A stretch of DNA of 64,000 nucleotides, taken from the NCBI GenBank assembly GCA_014905635.1, contig JABVCE010000002.1:1240001-1304000 (forward strand). The letters are read 5' to 3'. The position numbers were made by a program, and so were the translations under genes. The notes under the pieces are model-generated. The model worked only from the letters and a program-made list of their open reading frames with translations. It searched no databases and had not been told where the DNA came from. The stretch comes from Scenedesmus sp. PABB004 (taxonomy: Eukaryota). This document shows positions 35,604-46,961 of the stretch, piece by piece (position 1 is the stretch's first letter; each line of letters begins with the position of its first letter).

Positions 35604-37073
35604 ATGGCGACCGCCGCCGGGGCCTGCGCTGGCTCGCCGCTGCATGACAACCCGCGGGCCAAGGCCCCGGACGACGCCGCTGACGCAGACGTAGTCGTCG
35701 GCGGCTGCGACCAGGGCTGCGACCAGGGCGCGCCCGCGCCGCCGCCGGCGCCGGCGCCGCCCGCACCCGCGCCGGCCCCGGAGGACGAGGTGCACGCGCA
35801 GCCTGCGCCGGCCCAGGGCGCCGTCGAGCAACAGCAGCAGCAGCAGGAACGGGAGCAGCAGCAGCCGCAGCAGCCTGCGGCGCCGCCGCGGCAGGTCGCG
35901 CAGGCGTGGCTGGAGGCGGCAAAGGAGGGCGACGTGCGGTCGCTGCGGCGCCTCCTCGCGGCGCACCCGGGCCTGCTGGACCACCAGCCGCCCGGCGGCC
36001 TGCGCGCGTCGGCGCTGCACTGGGCCGCCGCCAAGGGCTGGGTGGCGTGCGTGGCGGAGCTGCTCGCGGCGGGCGCGGACGCGTGCGCGCTCACGTCCAC
36101 GGGCGGCACGCCGCTGCACAGCGCGGCGGCGGCCAACCAGGCGGCCTGCGTGGAGCTGCTGCTCGCCGCGCCAGCGGCGGCGGTCGCGCTGGCCGCCGCC
36201 AACGAGGACGGCTTCACGCCCGCGGGCCTCGCGGCGGCGCGCGGCCACGCCGGCGTTGCAGGCATGCTCGAGGCGGCGGCGGCCGGCGGCGGCGGCGCTG
36301 CGGCCGCCGCCGCAGCCGCCCAGGCCGCTGCGCCGGCGCCCGCGGCGGCGCCGCCGCAGCAGCAGGAGCAGTGGGGCATGCGCGCGGGCTTCCTGCTGCC
36401 CGCCGGCAGCGGCAGCGGCGCCGGCGCCGGCGGCGGCCACGCTGCGGCGGCGCCCGCGGCGGCGCCGCCGCCCGCCGTCGACCGCGCGACGGGCCGCGCC
36501 TGGCTGGACGCCGCCCGCGGCGGCGACGTCGCGGCGCTGCAGGGCCTGCTCGACTCGGCGTGCCCCGCCGAGGCGGCCGCGCTGCTCGCGTACGGCGGGC
36601 AGCGCACCAGCTACGCCCTCATCGGCAACACCGCGCTCCACTGGGCGGCCGCCAACGGCCACGCCGACTGCGTCGCCGCGCTGCTCGCGGCGGGGGCGCC
36701 CGCGGGCGCGCTCAACCAGGCGGGCCAGGCGCCGCTGCACAGCGCGGCGGGGCACGGCCAGGCCGCGTGCGCGCAGCTACTCGTGCTCTCGGGCGGCGAC
36801 GTGCGCGCGGTGGACGGCCTCGGCGCGACGCCCGCGGACGTCGCCGTCGAGGCGCGCGAGCCGGGCCTCGCCCGGCTGCTGCTGGTCTGGGACGCGGCGC
36901 GCGAGCTCAGCGAGGCGGGCGCCGAGCGCGGCACGGCGGCGTGGAGCGAGGGCGCGATGCGGCGCCTGCTCGAGCGCGCAACGGGCCGCGCGCCGCCGGC
37001 CGGCGCGCCACGGCCGGAGCTCGAGGCCGCGGCCGCGGCGCTGCTGGTGCAGTGCGGGCTCGCGCCCCGCTGA
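35604..37073 (+). CDS. Ankyrin-repeat protein with two ankyrin blocks, intronless
   Basis: Two similar modules: WLEAAKEGDV..SALHWAAAKG..GTPLHSAA and WLDAARGGDV..NTALHWAAANG..QAPLHSAA. Confidence 0.82.
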   Translation: MATAAGACAGSPLHDNPRAKAPDDAADADVVVGGCDQGCDQGAPAPPPAPAPPAPAPAPEDEVHAQPAPAQGAVEQQQQQQEREQQQPQQPAAPPRQVAQAWLEAAKEGDVRSLRRLLAAHPGLLDHQPPGGLRASALHWAAAKGWVACVAELLAAGADACALTSTGGTPLHSAAAANQAACVELLLAAPAAAVALAAANEDGFTPAGLAAARGHAGVAGMLEAAAAGGGGAAAAAAAAQAAAPAPAAAPPQQQEQWGMRAGFLLPAGSGSGAGAGGGHAAAAPAAAPPPAVDRATGRAWLDAARGGDVAALQGLLDSACPAEAAALLAYGGQRTSYALIGNTALHWAAANGHADCVAALLAAGAPAGALNQAGQAPLHSAAGHGQAACAQLLVLSGGDVRAVDGLGATPADVAVEAREPGLARLLLVWDAARELSEAGAERGTAAWSEGAMRRLLERATGRAPPAGAPRPELEAAAAALLVQCGLAPR

Positions 37074-37354
37074 GCGACGGCGGCGCTGGGCGCCGCCCGC
37101 GCGGCGCGGCGCGGCGCGGCGCGGGTTTGGGTCTTAACGCCGCGAACGGTGCCCCCGCACCGCTCACCGGCCGCGCCCGCCCTCCTCAGGCGCACACCCT
37201 CTGCGCCGCCCGCCCGTCCCGGCAGCTGCCACGCCGCCGCAGCCGCCGCCCGCGTGCCGCCCGCCCGCCAGCCGCCGCCGCTGCTGCCGGGGGCCGCCCC
37301 GCGCGCCGCGCGGCCCCGCGGCCCCGCCGCTGGGCGCGTGGGGTGTGGGGCGCC

Positions 37355-39379
37355 ATGAAGGTCAAGGTTCTCAACCGCAACGAGGAGGAGTTCACGCGGG
37401 AGCGCGCGCAGGACCTGAAGAAGGTGCACCGCAACCTCGACCCCGCGCTGCACCAGTTCCAGAAGGCCCACGAGTACACGCGCGCGCTGAACGCGGCCAA
37501 GCTAGAGCGCGTGTTCGCCAAGCCCTTCGTGGCGGCGCTGACCCACGCCGACGGCATCACCACCCTCGCGCGCTCGCCGCGGCTCCTCAACAGCCTGCTC
37601 GCGGGATCGGCGGACGGCGACATCCGCATCTGGGACGTCCCGCTGCAGCGCACGCTGCGCCGCCTGCGGGGCCACAAGGGCGTGGTGAAGGGCATCGCCT
37701 TCGCGCCCGACGGCGAGACCTGCGTGTCCTGCAGCACCGACTGCACGGTGAGCTCGCGGCAGCTCCCAGCGGCGGCTGCGGGCCGGCCGCGGTGCCCGCG
37801 CGGCGCGGCGCGCGCGGCGACAGCCGCCGCCAGGCCTGGCACAGCGCGGCCAGCACGGCCCGGGCCCGCCGGCGGGCCCACCGCCGCCCGCGCACGCACG
37901 CGCGCGCGCTCAGGTGCGGCTGTGGAAGGTGCCCTTTGCGCCGCTGGAGCCGGGCCCGGTCGAGGCGGAGGATGCGGCGGTGTTCCAGTTCTCCGGGCGC
38001 CACGCGTTCCGCGGCATCGACCACCACTGGCGGGAGACGCTCTTTGCCACCGCCGGCGCGACGGTCGAGGTGTGGAGCCACGAGCGCAGCGAGCCGGTCA
38101 ACACCTTCACCTGGGGCGCCGACTCGGTGCTCTCGGTGCGCTTCAACCCGGTGCGTCGCCGGCGCGCGCGCGGGGCGGCGCGGGCAGCGGCTGCCGCCGC
38201 GCCCGGCCGGCTGCGCCGCGCCCGTGCGCCGCTCCCCCACCCACGCGCCCGCCCGCACGCCCACGCCCGCGCGCCGCGCGGCCGCAGGCCGAGAGCGACA
38301 TCTTTGCCTCGACCGGCGGCGACCGCAGCGTCGCGCTGTACGACCTGCGCAGCGCGCGGCCGCTGCGCAAGCTGGTCATGCAGACGCGGTCCAACGCGCT
38401 CGCGTGGAACCCCATGGAGGCGTTCAACTTCACGCTCGCGAGCGAGGACGCAAACCTGTACACCTACGACATGCGCAAGCTCGACACCGCCGCGTGCGTG
38501 CACAAGGTGCGCCGTCGCCGCGCGGCACGCGGCGCGCGGCTCCGCGCGGCGCTGCGAGCGTGCTGGCAGGCGGCGGCGGCAGCGCGCGCCGACCCCGCGC
38601 CGCCGCCGCGCGTGCCGGGGGCAGGACTTTGTGAGCGCGGTGATGGACGTCGACTACTCGCCCACGGGCCGCGAGTTTGTCGCGGGCGGCTACGACCGCT
38701 CGCTGCGCATCTTTGCGTTCAACGCCGGCCACAGCAGAGAGGTGGGACTGCGGCCGCGGGACTGCGGGCGGACCGCGACCGCGGCGCGCGCCGCCGCACC
38801 GCCGCGGCGCCGTCACGCGGCGCCGCGCCCGCGCGCCGCCCGCGCCGCGCCGCCAGGTGTACCACACCAAGCGCATGCAGCGCGTCTTCAGCGTGCGCTT
38901 CAGCGGCGACGGCAGCTACGTCTTCAGCGGCAGCGACGACATGAACGTGCGCGTGTGGAAGGCCGACGCGGCGGAGCAGCTGGGCGTGACGCTGCCGCGC
39001 GAGAAGCACAAGGCGGCGTACAACAAGGCCCTCGTCGCACGCTACAAGCACATGCCAGAGGTCAAGCGCATCGTGCGCCACCGCCACGTGCCCGCCGCCA
39101 TCCAAAAGGTGCGCCGCGCGCGGCGCGCCGCGGCAGCTGCGCCGTGCGGCGCGCGCGGCCAGGGCCAGCGCGCCCGCCCGGCGCGTCCCGCCGCCGCGCC
39201 GCGCCCACCCGCCTGGCCGCCCGCGCGCCGCGCCCGCCGCGCCGCAGGCGTCCAAGACGCGGCGCACGGTGCAGGAGGCGGACAAGCGCAAGCTCAGCCG
39301 CCGCATCCAGCACAGCGCGCCGGGGTCGATCCAGGTCAGGCCGGAGCGCAAGAAGAAGATCGTGGCAGAGCTCGAGTGA
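37355..39379 (+). CDS. DCAF13: DCAF13/WDSOF1/Sof1 (U3 snoRNP WD40 protein)
   Basis: MKVKVLNR, RNLDPALH, EYTRALNAAKLERVFAKPF, AWNPMEAFNF, VMDVDYSPTGREF, YHTKRMQRVF, SGSDDMNVRVWKA, IVRHRHVP; TGTAA at ~39506. Confidence 0.96.
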
Positions 39380-39422
<43 letters not shown>

Positions 39423-39681
39423 TGCGCGGCGCGCGCGCGTGTACACTATGCAGCGGGGCGGGCGGCCGCGCGGGCCGCGCCATTGCGCGGCGAGCGTGCG
39501 CCTGTTGTAACGAGCCCCGCGCGGTCGCCCCAGAGAGCGCGCGGCCAGAAATAGTTAGTTACATACATGGGTCACAACTGGTGGTACACGGGCGCGCGGC
39601 CGCGGCGGGAGGGGCGATCATGTGCAGCCGCCGCCCGCCGGCCAGCAGCCCCCACGCACGGCGCGCGCGCGCGCGCGGGCC

Positions 39682-42108
39682 TCACAGCCCGCCGCCGGCC
39701 GCGTCGGCGGCCTTCTCCAGGTCGCGCATCAGCGCCTCGTCGTCGTCAAAGTCGACGTCGTCAAACCCCTCGTCGCCGTCGTCGCCGCTGAGGCCGGCGG
39801 CGCCGGCGCCGCCCGCGCGCGCGGCCGCGCCGCGCGCCGCGACCGCCTCGGCGAGGCGGGCCTTGACCGCCGTCTTCACGCGCGCCGCGGTGTCTGGGTT
39901 GTCCTTGAGGTGCACCAGCACGTTCTCGCGCCCCTGCGCCAGCTTGGCGCCCTCAAAGTAGTAGTGCGACCCCTGCGCGCGCCGCGGCGCGGGCGGCGCG
40001 GGCGCCTCGCGCCCCGCCGCAGCGGCGCGGCGCGGGGCGGAGCGCCGCTCCCCTTCCTTTTCCCCCGCGCGCGCGCGCCCCGCCCCCGCCGTGCGCGCGC
40101 GGCGGCTCACCCGCGCCTCGAGCACCTCCAGCTCCTTTGCAACGTCGAACACGCAGCCCAGCGCGTTGATGCCGTCGCCGTACATGATGTCAAACTCGGC
40201 CGTGTCAAACGGCGGCGACACCTGCGCGCACGACGCGGCGGCGCACCCGCGCCGGGCGGGGGCCGTCGGCGCGGCCCGCCGCGGCCCGGCGCCCGCGCCG
40301 CGCTCTCCGCTCCCTCCACCCTGCTCCTGCCCCCTGCCCCCTGCCCCTGCCCCTGCCTCTGCCCCTCCCCTCGCCACTCCCTCGCGCCTTGTTCTTGACG
40401 ACCTTGACCTTAACCTTGTTGCCCACGGGCTCGGGGCGGCCCGCCTCGTTGATCTTCTCCTTGGCCCGGATGTCGAGCCGCATGCTCGCGTAGTATTTGA
40501 GCGCATTTCCGCCGCTCGTCGTCTCGGGGTTGCCAAACAGCACGCCCACCTGGGAGGGCGGCGGGGGCGCGGGAGGGGTGCGGGAGGGGGTGCGGGAGGG
40601 GGTGCGGGAGGGCGCGGGAGGGCGGGGCGGCGTGGGAGGCGCAGCCGCGGCGGCGGCGGCGCGGTGCGGCGGCGGTGCGGTGCGGTGCGGCGCGCGCCTT
40701 GAAGCGGAGCTGGTTGATGAACATGATGGTGCAGCCGCTCTTGGCCGCGTTGGCCGCGATCTTGCGCAGCGCGACAGACATGAGCCGCGCCTGCGACCCG
40801 ATCTGCGCGCCGCGGCGGCGGCGGCGGCGGCGCGTGTGTCGACCGCCGGGCGCGCGCCGCGCGGCGCGCGGCGACCGCACGGCGACCGCGCGGCAGCACA
40901 TCAGGCGCAGCACCTGCGGCGTGCCGATGTCGCCCTCGAGCTCGCTGCGCGGCACGAGCGCCGACACGCTGTCGACGACGACCAGGCCGACCACGCCGCT
41001 GCGCACGAGCTCGTCCATGACGTTGAACGCCATCTCGCCGTGGTCCGGCTGGCACACGAGCAGCGACTCGACATCGATGCCAAGGCGCTGCGGCGGCGCG
41101 CGGCGCGCGGCGCGCGGCGCGCGGCGTGGGGCGCGGCCCCGGGGCGGCGGCGCTGTGCTGCGCTGCGCTGCCGGCGCGCGCGCGCGCGCGTGCAGGGGCG
41201 TGCGGCAGGGGCGCGGCGCGGGCGCAGCGCGGGCGCCACCTTGGCGTAGGCGCTGTCAAACGCGTGCTCCGCGTCGATGAAGCACGCGACGCCGCCGGCG
41301 CGCTGCACCTCCGCGATCGCGTGCAGCGCGAGCGTCGTCTTGCCGCTGCTCTCGGGCCCAAAGATCTGGCGCCACGCGCGGCGGGGCGCGTGGGCGCGGC
41401 GCCTGCGGCCGCCCGCCGGCCGCCGCCGCAGCTGGCCTGCTGGCGCCGCGGCGCTGGGGCGCGTGTCGCGCGGCGCACCTCCACGATGCGGCCCTTGGGG
41501 TAGCCGCCGCCGGTCGCGCGGTCCAGGGTGAGGCAGCCCGACGGCGTGCGCTCGCTGCAGCGGCGGGAGGGGCGGCAGAGGGGGGCGCTCGGCGCGCGGC
41601 GGGCGCACGGCGGACGGCGCGCCGCCCGCGCCGCCCGCGCGCTGCTGCCGCCGTGCTGCTCACACGTCGATGGCGCCGTCGGTCATCTGCATGACCGTGC
41701 CCTGGCCGTGTTTGTCGTTGATCTTGCGCAGCACGTCCTTGAGCACGCGCTGCCGCGCCTGCGCGCCCGAGCAGCGGACGCCGGCGGCAGCGGCGGCCTC
41801 GCCGCCCGCCGGCGACGCTGCGCTGCCCGACGCGGCGCCCACGGCGCTGTGACGGGTCCCGGCCAGCGCCTCGCGCCGATCACGGCGCCCCCCGAGCGCC
41901 CGCTGGGCCGCTGGCCGCGAGTTGTTGGCCGCACCTTGTCCTCCGCGCTCAGCGCCGGCCCCGCGGCCTCCAGCTCCAGCTCCACATCCTCGCCGGTGAG
42001 CGAACGCCGGCCGCGCCGCGCGCGGCAGGGCACGCCCGCGCGCGGCGGCGCGGGCCTGCTGCCGCCGCCCGCCAGCGGCGCGCGCACGCGGAGCCTGGAC
42101 AGCAGCAT
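39682..42108 (-). CDS. recA: Bacterial-type RecA, organelle-targeted (probably plastid), 9 exons
   Basis: [22 protein letters not shown]alker [60 protein letters not shown]-terminal transit peptide. Confidence 0.96.
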
Positions 42109-42487
42109 GGCGGCTGCTGGGAGGCGGGTGGTGTGTGTGGGGAGCGGGAGTGTGTGTGTGGGAGGTTCGCGCATGCGCGAGGCGACCAGGGCGGTTCAAG
42201 CGCATCGCGCGCGGCACGCGGCACGCGGCACGAGCGCCGCCCTTGCGCGGGGCGCGCCCCCGACAGTGCCCCCAGCTCAAGCTGGATTGGCAGCGCGCGC
42301 GCCGGCGCCGGCGACGGCCAGGCGGCCGCTCCTCGCACGCGGGAAGCGAGCCGGCCACCTGGCTGCGCTGGCCTGGCCGCCCGCGGGCGCCGCGCGCAGC
42401 ATGGCCCGCCGGCGCATGCGCTGCGGCTGCAAGGCCGGCGTGGGGAGGTCGTGAGCATGACTGAGAAGAAGCGCGGCCCGCGCGCGC

Positions 42488-42950
42488 TCAGCTGGCGCCG
42501 CCGCCGCCGCCCGGCTGCGCCTGCTCGTCCGCCGCCAGCAGCCGGCCGCGAGTGGGCACGAGGTGCGGCACGCCGTCCACGATGGGCCAGGCCACGCCGA
42601 GCTCGTCGTTCACCAGCAGCCCCCGCGCCGCGTCGTGCCTGCGCAGGCGGCGGCGAGGGCGGAATCAGCGCAGGGCGCGCCCAGGCAGCAAAGCGGGCGG
42701 CAGGCAGCAAAGAGGCCGGCAGCAAAAGCGGGCTGCCGCCACCGCCCGCCGCCACCGCCCGCGCCGCTGCCGCGCACCGGAGCGGCGTCTTGCTGAGTGG
42801 GCAGACCAGCAGCTCCAGCAGGCGCTCATCGAGCGCGCCGGGCGGTGGGGCGCCGCCCGCCGCCGCCGCCGAGCAGCCCCGCAGCTGCTGCTGCGGCGCG
42901 GCGGCGCGGCAGCGGCGCAGCAGCAGCGCGGCGGCAGCGGCAGGCCGCAT
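42488..42950 (-). CDS. PYURF: PYURF/PreY (Trm112-like) mitochondrial protein, 2 exons
   Basis: Presequence then LLELLVCPLSKTPLR|HDAARGLLVNDELGVAWPIVDGVPHLVP, the Trm112p/PreY signature. Confidence 0.85.
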
Positions 42951-43251
42951 GATGCTGACGGCGTGGCGCAACGCAGTACGTGGCTGCTGTGCGCGTCGCA
43001 CGAGCGGTGTGTGGAGCGCTGCGACGGCGGCAGCGGCAGCAGACGTGTTCTTTCGGCGCCCTATACCGCGCGCCGTCCAAAGCCCGCAGCACTCGCGGCA
43101 GTCGCGACCCCACTCTCCCGCCCTCCCGGCCCGCCAGTGAGCAGCGCACGCAACAGCGCCCGCGGTGGGGCGCGCCGCCGCTCGCCGCCGCATTCTGCCG
43201 CCGCTCGCCGCTCGCTGCCGGCGCGGCGCGCGCGCGCAGCGCCGGCGCGCA

Positions 43252-43516
43252 ATGCCGGCCGAGGCCTCTGGCGAGGGCTGGTCCGTGGAGGTCACGGAGG
43301 CGCCGCTGGACGCCGCCAAGTACGTGGCGCGCGTCACGCACCCGAGCGCGGGCGCGATCAGCAGCTTCGTCGGCACCACGCGCGACACGTTCCAGGGCAG
43401 GGCCGTGCTGCGCCTGGAGTACGAGGCCTACGTCCCCATGGCCCTCGCCAAGCTGCGGGTGCGCCGCCGGCGGCGGCGGCGGCGGCGGCACAGCGCGCAC
43501 CGCGCGCAGCCCGACG

Positions 43517-43547
<31 letters not shown>

Positions 43548-43833
43548 ACAGCGCGCACCGCGCGCAGCCCGACGCGCCGCCGCCGGGCGCGCCGCGCGAC
43601 CCTGCCGCCGCGCTCGCGCGCCGCCGCAGGAGCTGTGCGAGCAGGTGCGGCAGCGCTGGGAGGTCATCGCCGTGGCGATGGCGCACCGCACGGGCGTGGT
43701 GGAGGTGTGCGAGGCAAGCGTGGTCATCGCCGCCTCCTCGCCGCACCGCAAGGCCGCCCTCGAGGTGCGCGGCTCGCGGCGCGGCGGGCAGCGCGGCATG
43801 GCGCCGGGCGCGGCGGCGCCTCGCACACAGCAT

Positions 43834-43931
<98 letters not shown>

Positions 43932-44072
43932 GGCGGCCAGGCGGTGCACTGGGCCATTGACGAGCTCAAGGCCACGGTGCCGATCTGGAAGAAGGAGTTT
44001 TTCGCAGACGGCTCGGTGTGGAAGGAGAACGAGGAGAGCCGGCAGCGCCTGCTGGCGACGCAGCCGCGGTGA
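43252..44072 (+). CDS. MOCS2: Molybdopterin synthase catalytic subunit (MoaE/MOCS2B/CNX6)
   Basis: GAISSFVGTTRD, LEYEAYVPMA, AHRTGVV..EASVVIAASSPHR, IDELKATVPIWKKE, WKEN; 3 exons. Confidence 0.95.
43834..43930 (+). repeat. (GCC)n microsatellite, ~32 units, in MOCS2B intron 2
   Basis: Uninterrupted gcc run. Intron 1 also holds a ~50-bp tandem duplication (43469-43577). Confidence 0.9.
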
Positions 44073-44233
44073 CGCGGGGGCGCGGCGCGGAGGTGCTGAG
44101 GGGCTGAGGGGCGGGAGGGGCAGGGCGATGGAGCCGCTGCAACACGCGGCCGCGCGGGGCTCGGGCAAGGCACCTCGTTTGACCGTGCCTGCAGTCGCTG
44201 GTGGAGCCGTGACCGCGGGCGCCTGGTCTGCCT

Positions 44234-44460
44234 CGTGCGGGCAAGCGGCAGAGGGAAGGGGCCAGGGCTGGGGAGGGCTCGCTGCCGCGCGTCAGTGCGG
44301 GCGGGCGGCGCCGGCGCTCGCCACGCGCTGCAGGCGCTGCGGCAGCAGCGCGCGTGGGCGTGGTGGCGACGCCGCCGCCCCACCCTGATGCAGGCTCCCG
44401 CGCCGTTGCCCAGCGCGAGCGCGGCGATGGCGCTCATCGTTGGCGCCGCGAACGCCGGTC

Positions 44461-44506
<46 letters not shown>

Positions 44507-45155
44507 GCGCCCGGCCGCGGCGCGGCGCAGTGCGGCGCGGCGCGGCGCGGCCGCTCACTCTTGTGGTCTGTGGCCGCGAGAGCCGTGACCGCGGCACCTG
44601 GTCTGCACCCCCGGGCGGGCAGGCGGCCGGGCGGGACGCCCGGGCATCTTCTGCGGCACACGCGCGCGCGCGGCTATTCCTGGCCGCCCCCGCCGCGAGG
44701 CCGCCCACAAGCGGTCGCCCGCGCCTCGTTGCCACCCCCAGACCTCACGCACGTGCCCCGCGCGATCCACGCACGCCAGCCCCCGCCCCCGCGCCGCGCC
44801 CCGACACGGAGGCGCGCCGGAGGACCGCCGCCGGATGCCGGCAGCATGACATGGCCGCCTCGCTGGCGCCACCGCGCGGCCGGCGCTCCTCGGGGAGCGA
44901 GGCGCCAGAGGTGGGCAGCAGCTTCCGGCACAGCCCCCGCGCACAGGCGCGGCGCCGGTGCGCGGGGAGCCCGCCTGAGCCGGCACGGGCGCCGCCGCCG
45001 CCGCAGGGGAGCCTGGCGGGGCGGCAGAAACGGAGCAGCATCGGGGCCATAGGCCCGAGCAGCCCGGGGCCGTCCAGCCCCTACATCAAGGCCTGGACGG
45101 CGGAGGGCTCCGCTTCGCCCAGCGCCTCGAGCACCGCCAGCGAGCACGGTGCGGC
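44234..45155. repeat. Duplicated ~0.93 kb segment (copy of ~46752-47681): TauE 5' fragment, divergent promoter and exon 1 of the OPR-like gene
   Basis: Long runs identical to 46752-47681, with scattered substitutions and microsatellite length differences. Confidence 0.92.
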
Positions 45156-45210
45156 GGGCGGGGCGGCAGAAGCGGACCATAGGCCTGAGCAGCCCGGGGC
45201 CGGCGCGGGC

Positions 45211-46961
45211 TCAGCGCCCGGCCAGGCCCGCCGCCGACGCGAAGAGCAGCAGGCAGCACAGCACCATGAGCGCGGCCAAGAGGCGGCTGAACGCCGCCTG
45301 GCTCATTGCTGCGGCGAGCGCGTTGCCCGCCGCCACGCCGGCGAGCGCGGCCGCCGCCGCCGCAGCATAGAGCGGGATGTCGTCGCGCACAAAGGCCCCC
45401 ATGAGCGCGTACGCCACGACGCGCGTCTGCAGCACGTTGAGCACGGAGCTGGAGCCCCGCACGACGTCCTTGGGGACCTGCAGGCGCTCAAAGAGCAGCA
45501 TCAGGGGCGGGCCCGCCATGCCTGCGGCGGCGGCGGCGGCAGGGGCCGGGGCGGGGCGCGCGCCGCCCGGGTGGGTGCGGCGCGCACGCGCGCGGCGGCC
45601 TGCAGCGCGCAGCCGGCGACGGTCGGCCTCCTCCCTCCCCTGCCCCGCGCACCCGTCATTCCGCCCATCAAGCCGGAGGTTGTGCCGGCAACAGCGGCGG
45701 CGCCGAGAGTTCGCAGCAGCTCGCCGCGCCGCTCCGGCGCCCACGCCGCCGCCAGCCGCGCACGCACGCGCCGCCGCCAGCCGCCGGTGCAGGCGTCGCC
45801 GCCGCCGCGCCCCGTGTCCGGCAGCAGCGCGGCGACCTCGCCCTCCGCAGGGTGGCGCGGGTCAGCGCCCTCGCAGGCCGCCGCGGCGCTGCCGACCCGC
45901 AGCGGCAAGCCCTCGCAGGCCGCCGTGGTGCTGCCAACCCGCAGCGACGAGCCCTCGCAGGCCGCCGTGGTGCTGCCGACCTGCAGCGACAAGCCCTCGC
46001 AGGCCGCCGTGGTGCTGTCGACCCGCAGCGACAAGCCCTCGCAGCTGCTGGGCGGCGGCCAGGCGCTCGCGGCCGCCGCGGGGGCGCTCGCCGGCGCCAC
46101 GGCAGCCCCGCTGCCGCCGCCGCCGTCGCGGCCGCCGCCGCCGCCGCGCGCCAGCTCCAGGGCGGCCCGGGCGCCGCCCCCCAGGCTGCCGGACGGCTGC
46201 CGCCCGCGCAGCGCCGCCGCCGCGCCGGCGCCGACGCTGCCTGCCGCAGCGCGCACGCGCTGCGCCACGCGGGCCTGCAGCGCGATGACGAGCAGCAGCA
46301 CGCACGCCATGGCCAGCTCGGTGCGCCGCGGGTCCAGGCGCGTCAGCAGCGCCGCGCCGGCCGGCGCGCCGAGCGCCTGCGGGCCGCGGTCGGCGGTCGG
46401 CGGTCGGCGGTCGGCGGTCGGCGGTCGGCGGTCGGCGGTCGGCGGTCGGCGGTCGGCGGGCGGCGGGCGGCGGTCGGCGGTCGGCGGTCGCCCCGCGCTC
46501 GCACGGCGCCCCGCGCGCGCCGTGCGCGCCGCCGCCGCGCACGCCAAAGACGAGGAGCGGGGAGACCAGGCGCCAGTCACACGTGGTGCACGCGCGCGTC
46601 GCCCAGAGCATGGGCAGGGCCAGCACCACGCTGCACACGCACTCGCTGACCACCGCCTGCTGCAGCGACCCCGCGTCGACGCCCGCCGTGGTGCAGGCGA
46701 CCCAGACGAAGAGGACGACGATCGCGCTGCCAAAGCCGGTGATGCCCTGCGCGTGCGGGCAGGCGGCAGAGGGAAGGGGCCAGGGCTGGGGAGGGCTCGC
46801 TGCCGCGCGTCAGCGCGGGCGGGCGGCGCCGGCGCTCGCCACGCGCTGCAGGCGCTGCGGCAGCAGCAGCGCGCGTGGGCGTGGTGGCGACGCCGCCGCC
46901 GCCCCACCCTGATGCAGGCTCCCGCGCCGTTGCCGAGCGCGAGCGCGGCGATGGCGCTCAT
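45211..46961 (-). CDS. TauE/SafE (TSUP) family membrane transporter
   Basis: GACIR|GITGFGSAIVVLFVW in the first repeat and AGTTSGLMGGMTG|MAGPPLMLLF in the second; several hydrophobic helices. An extra upstream exon from ATG 47170 is possible. Confidence 0.8.
45868..46045 (-). repeat. 42-bp coding tandem repeat (~4 units) in the TauE loop
   Basis: Units of ccctcgcaggccgccg(t/c)gg(t/c)gctg..gacc.gcagcg.caag, encoding CEGLSLRVDSTTAA-like 14-mers. Confidence 0.85.
46387..46490 (+). repeat. (CGGTCGG)n 7-mer minisatellite in a TauE intron
   Basis: About 14 units, mostly perfect. Confidence 0.85.

Noticed and set aside
39682..42108. Bacterial-like RecA (also RppH-like Nudix, ECF-T, uS15) as recent HGT or contamination
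   Set aside because: All have host-style spliceosomal introns and N-terminal extensions, and all are known nucleus-encoded organellar families.
42951..43251. MOCS2A upstream ORF, as in the mammalian bicistronic MOCS2
   Set aside because: No MoaD-like ORF ending in Gly-Gly in the 300-bp spacer.
45868..46045. Regularly spaced repeats that could suggest a CRISPR array
   Set aside because: Contiguous 42-bp coding units with no unique spacers, no cas genes, and a eukaryotic context.
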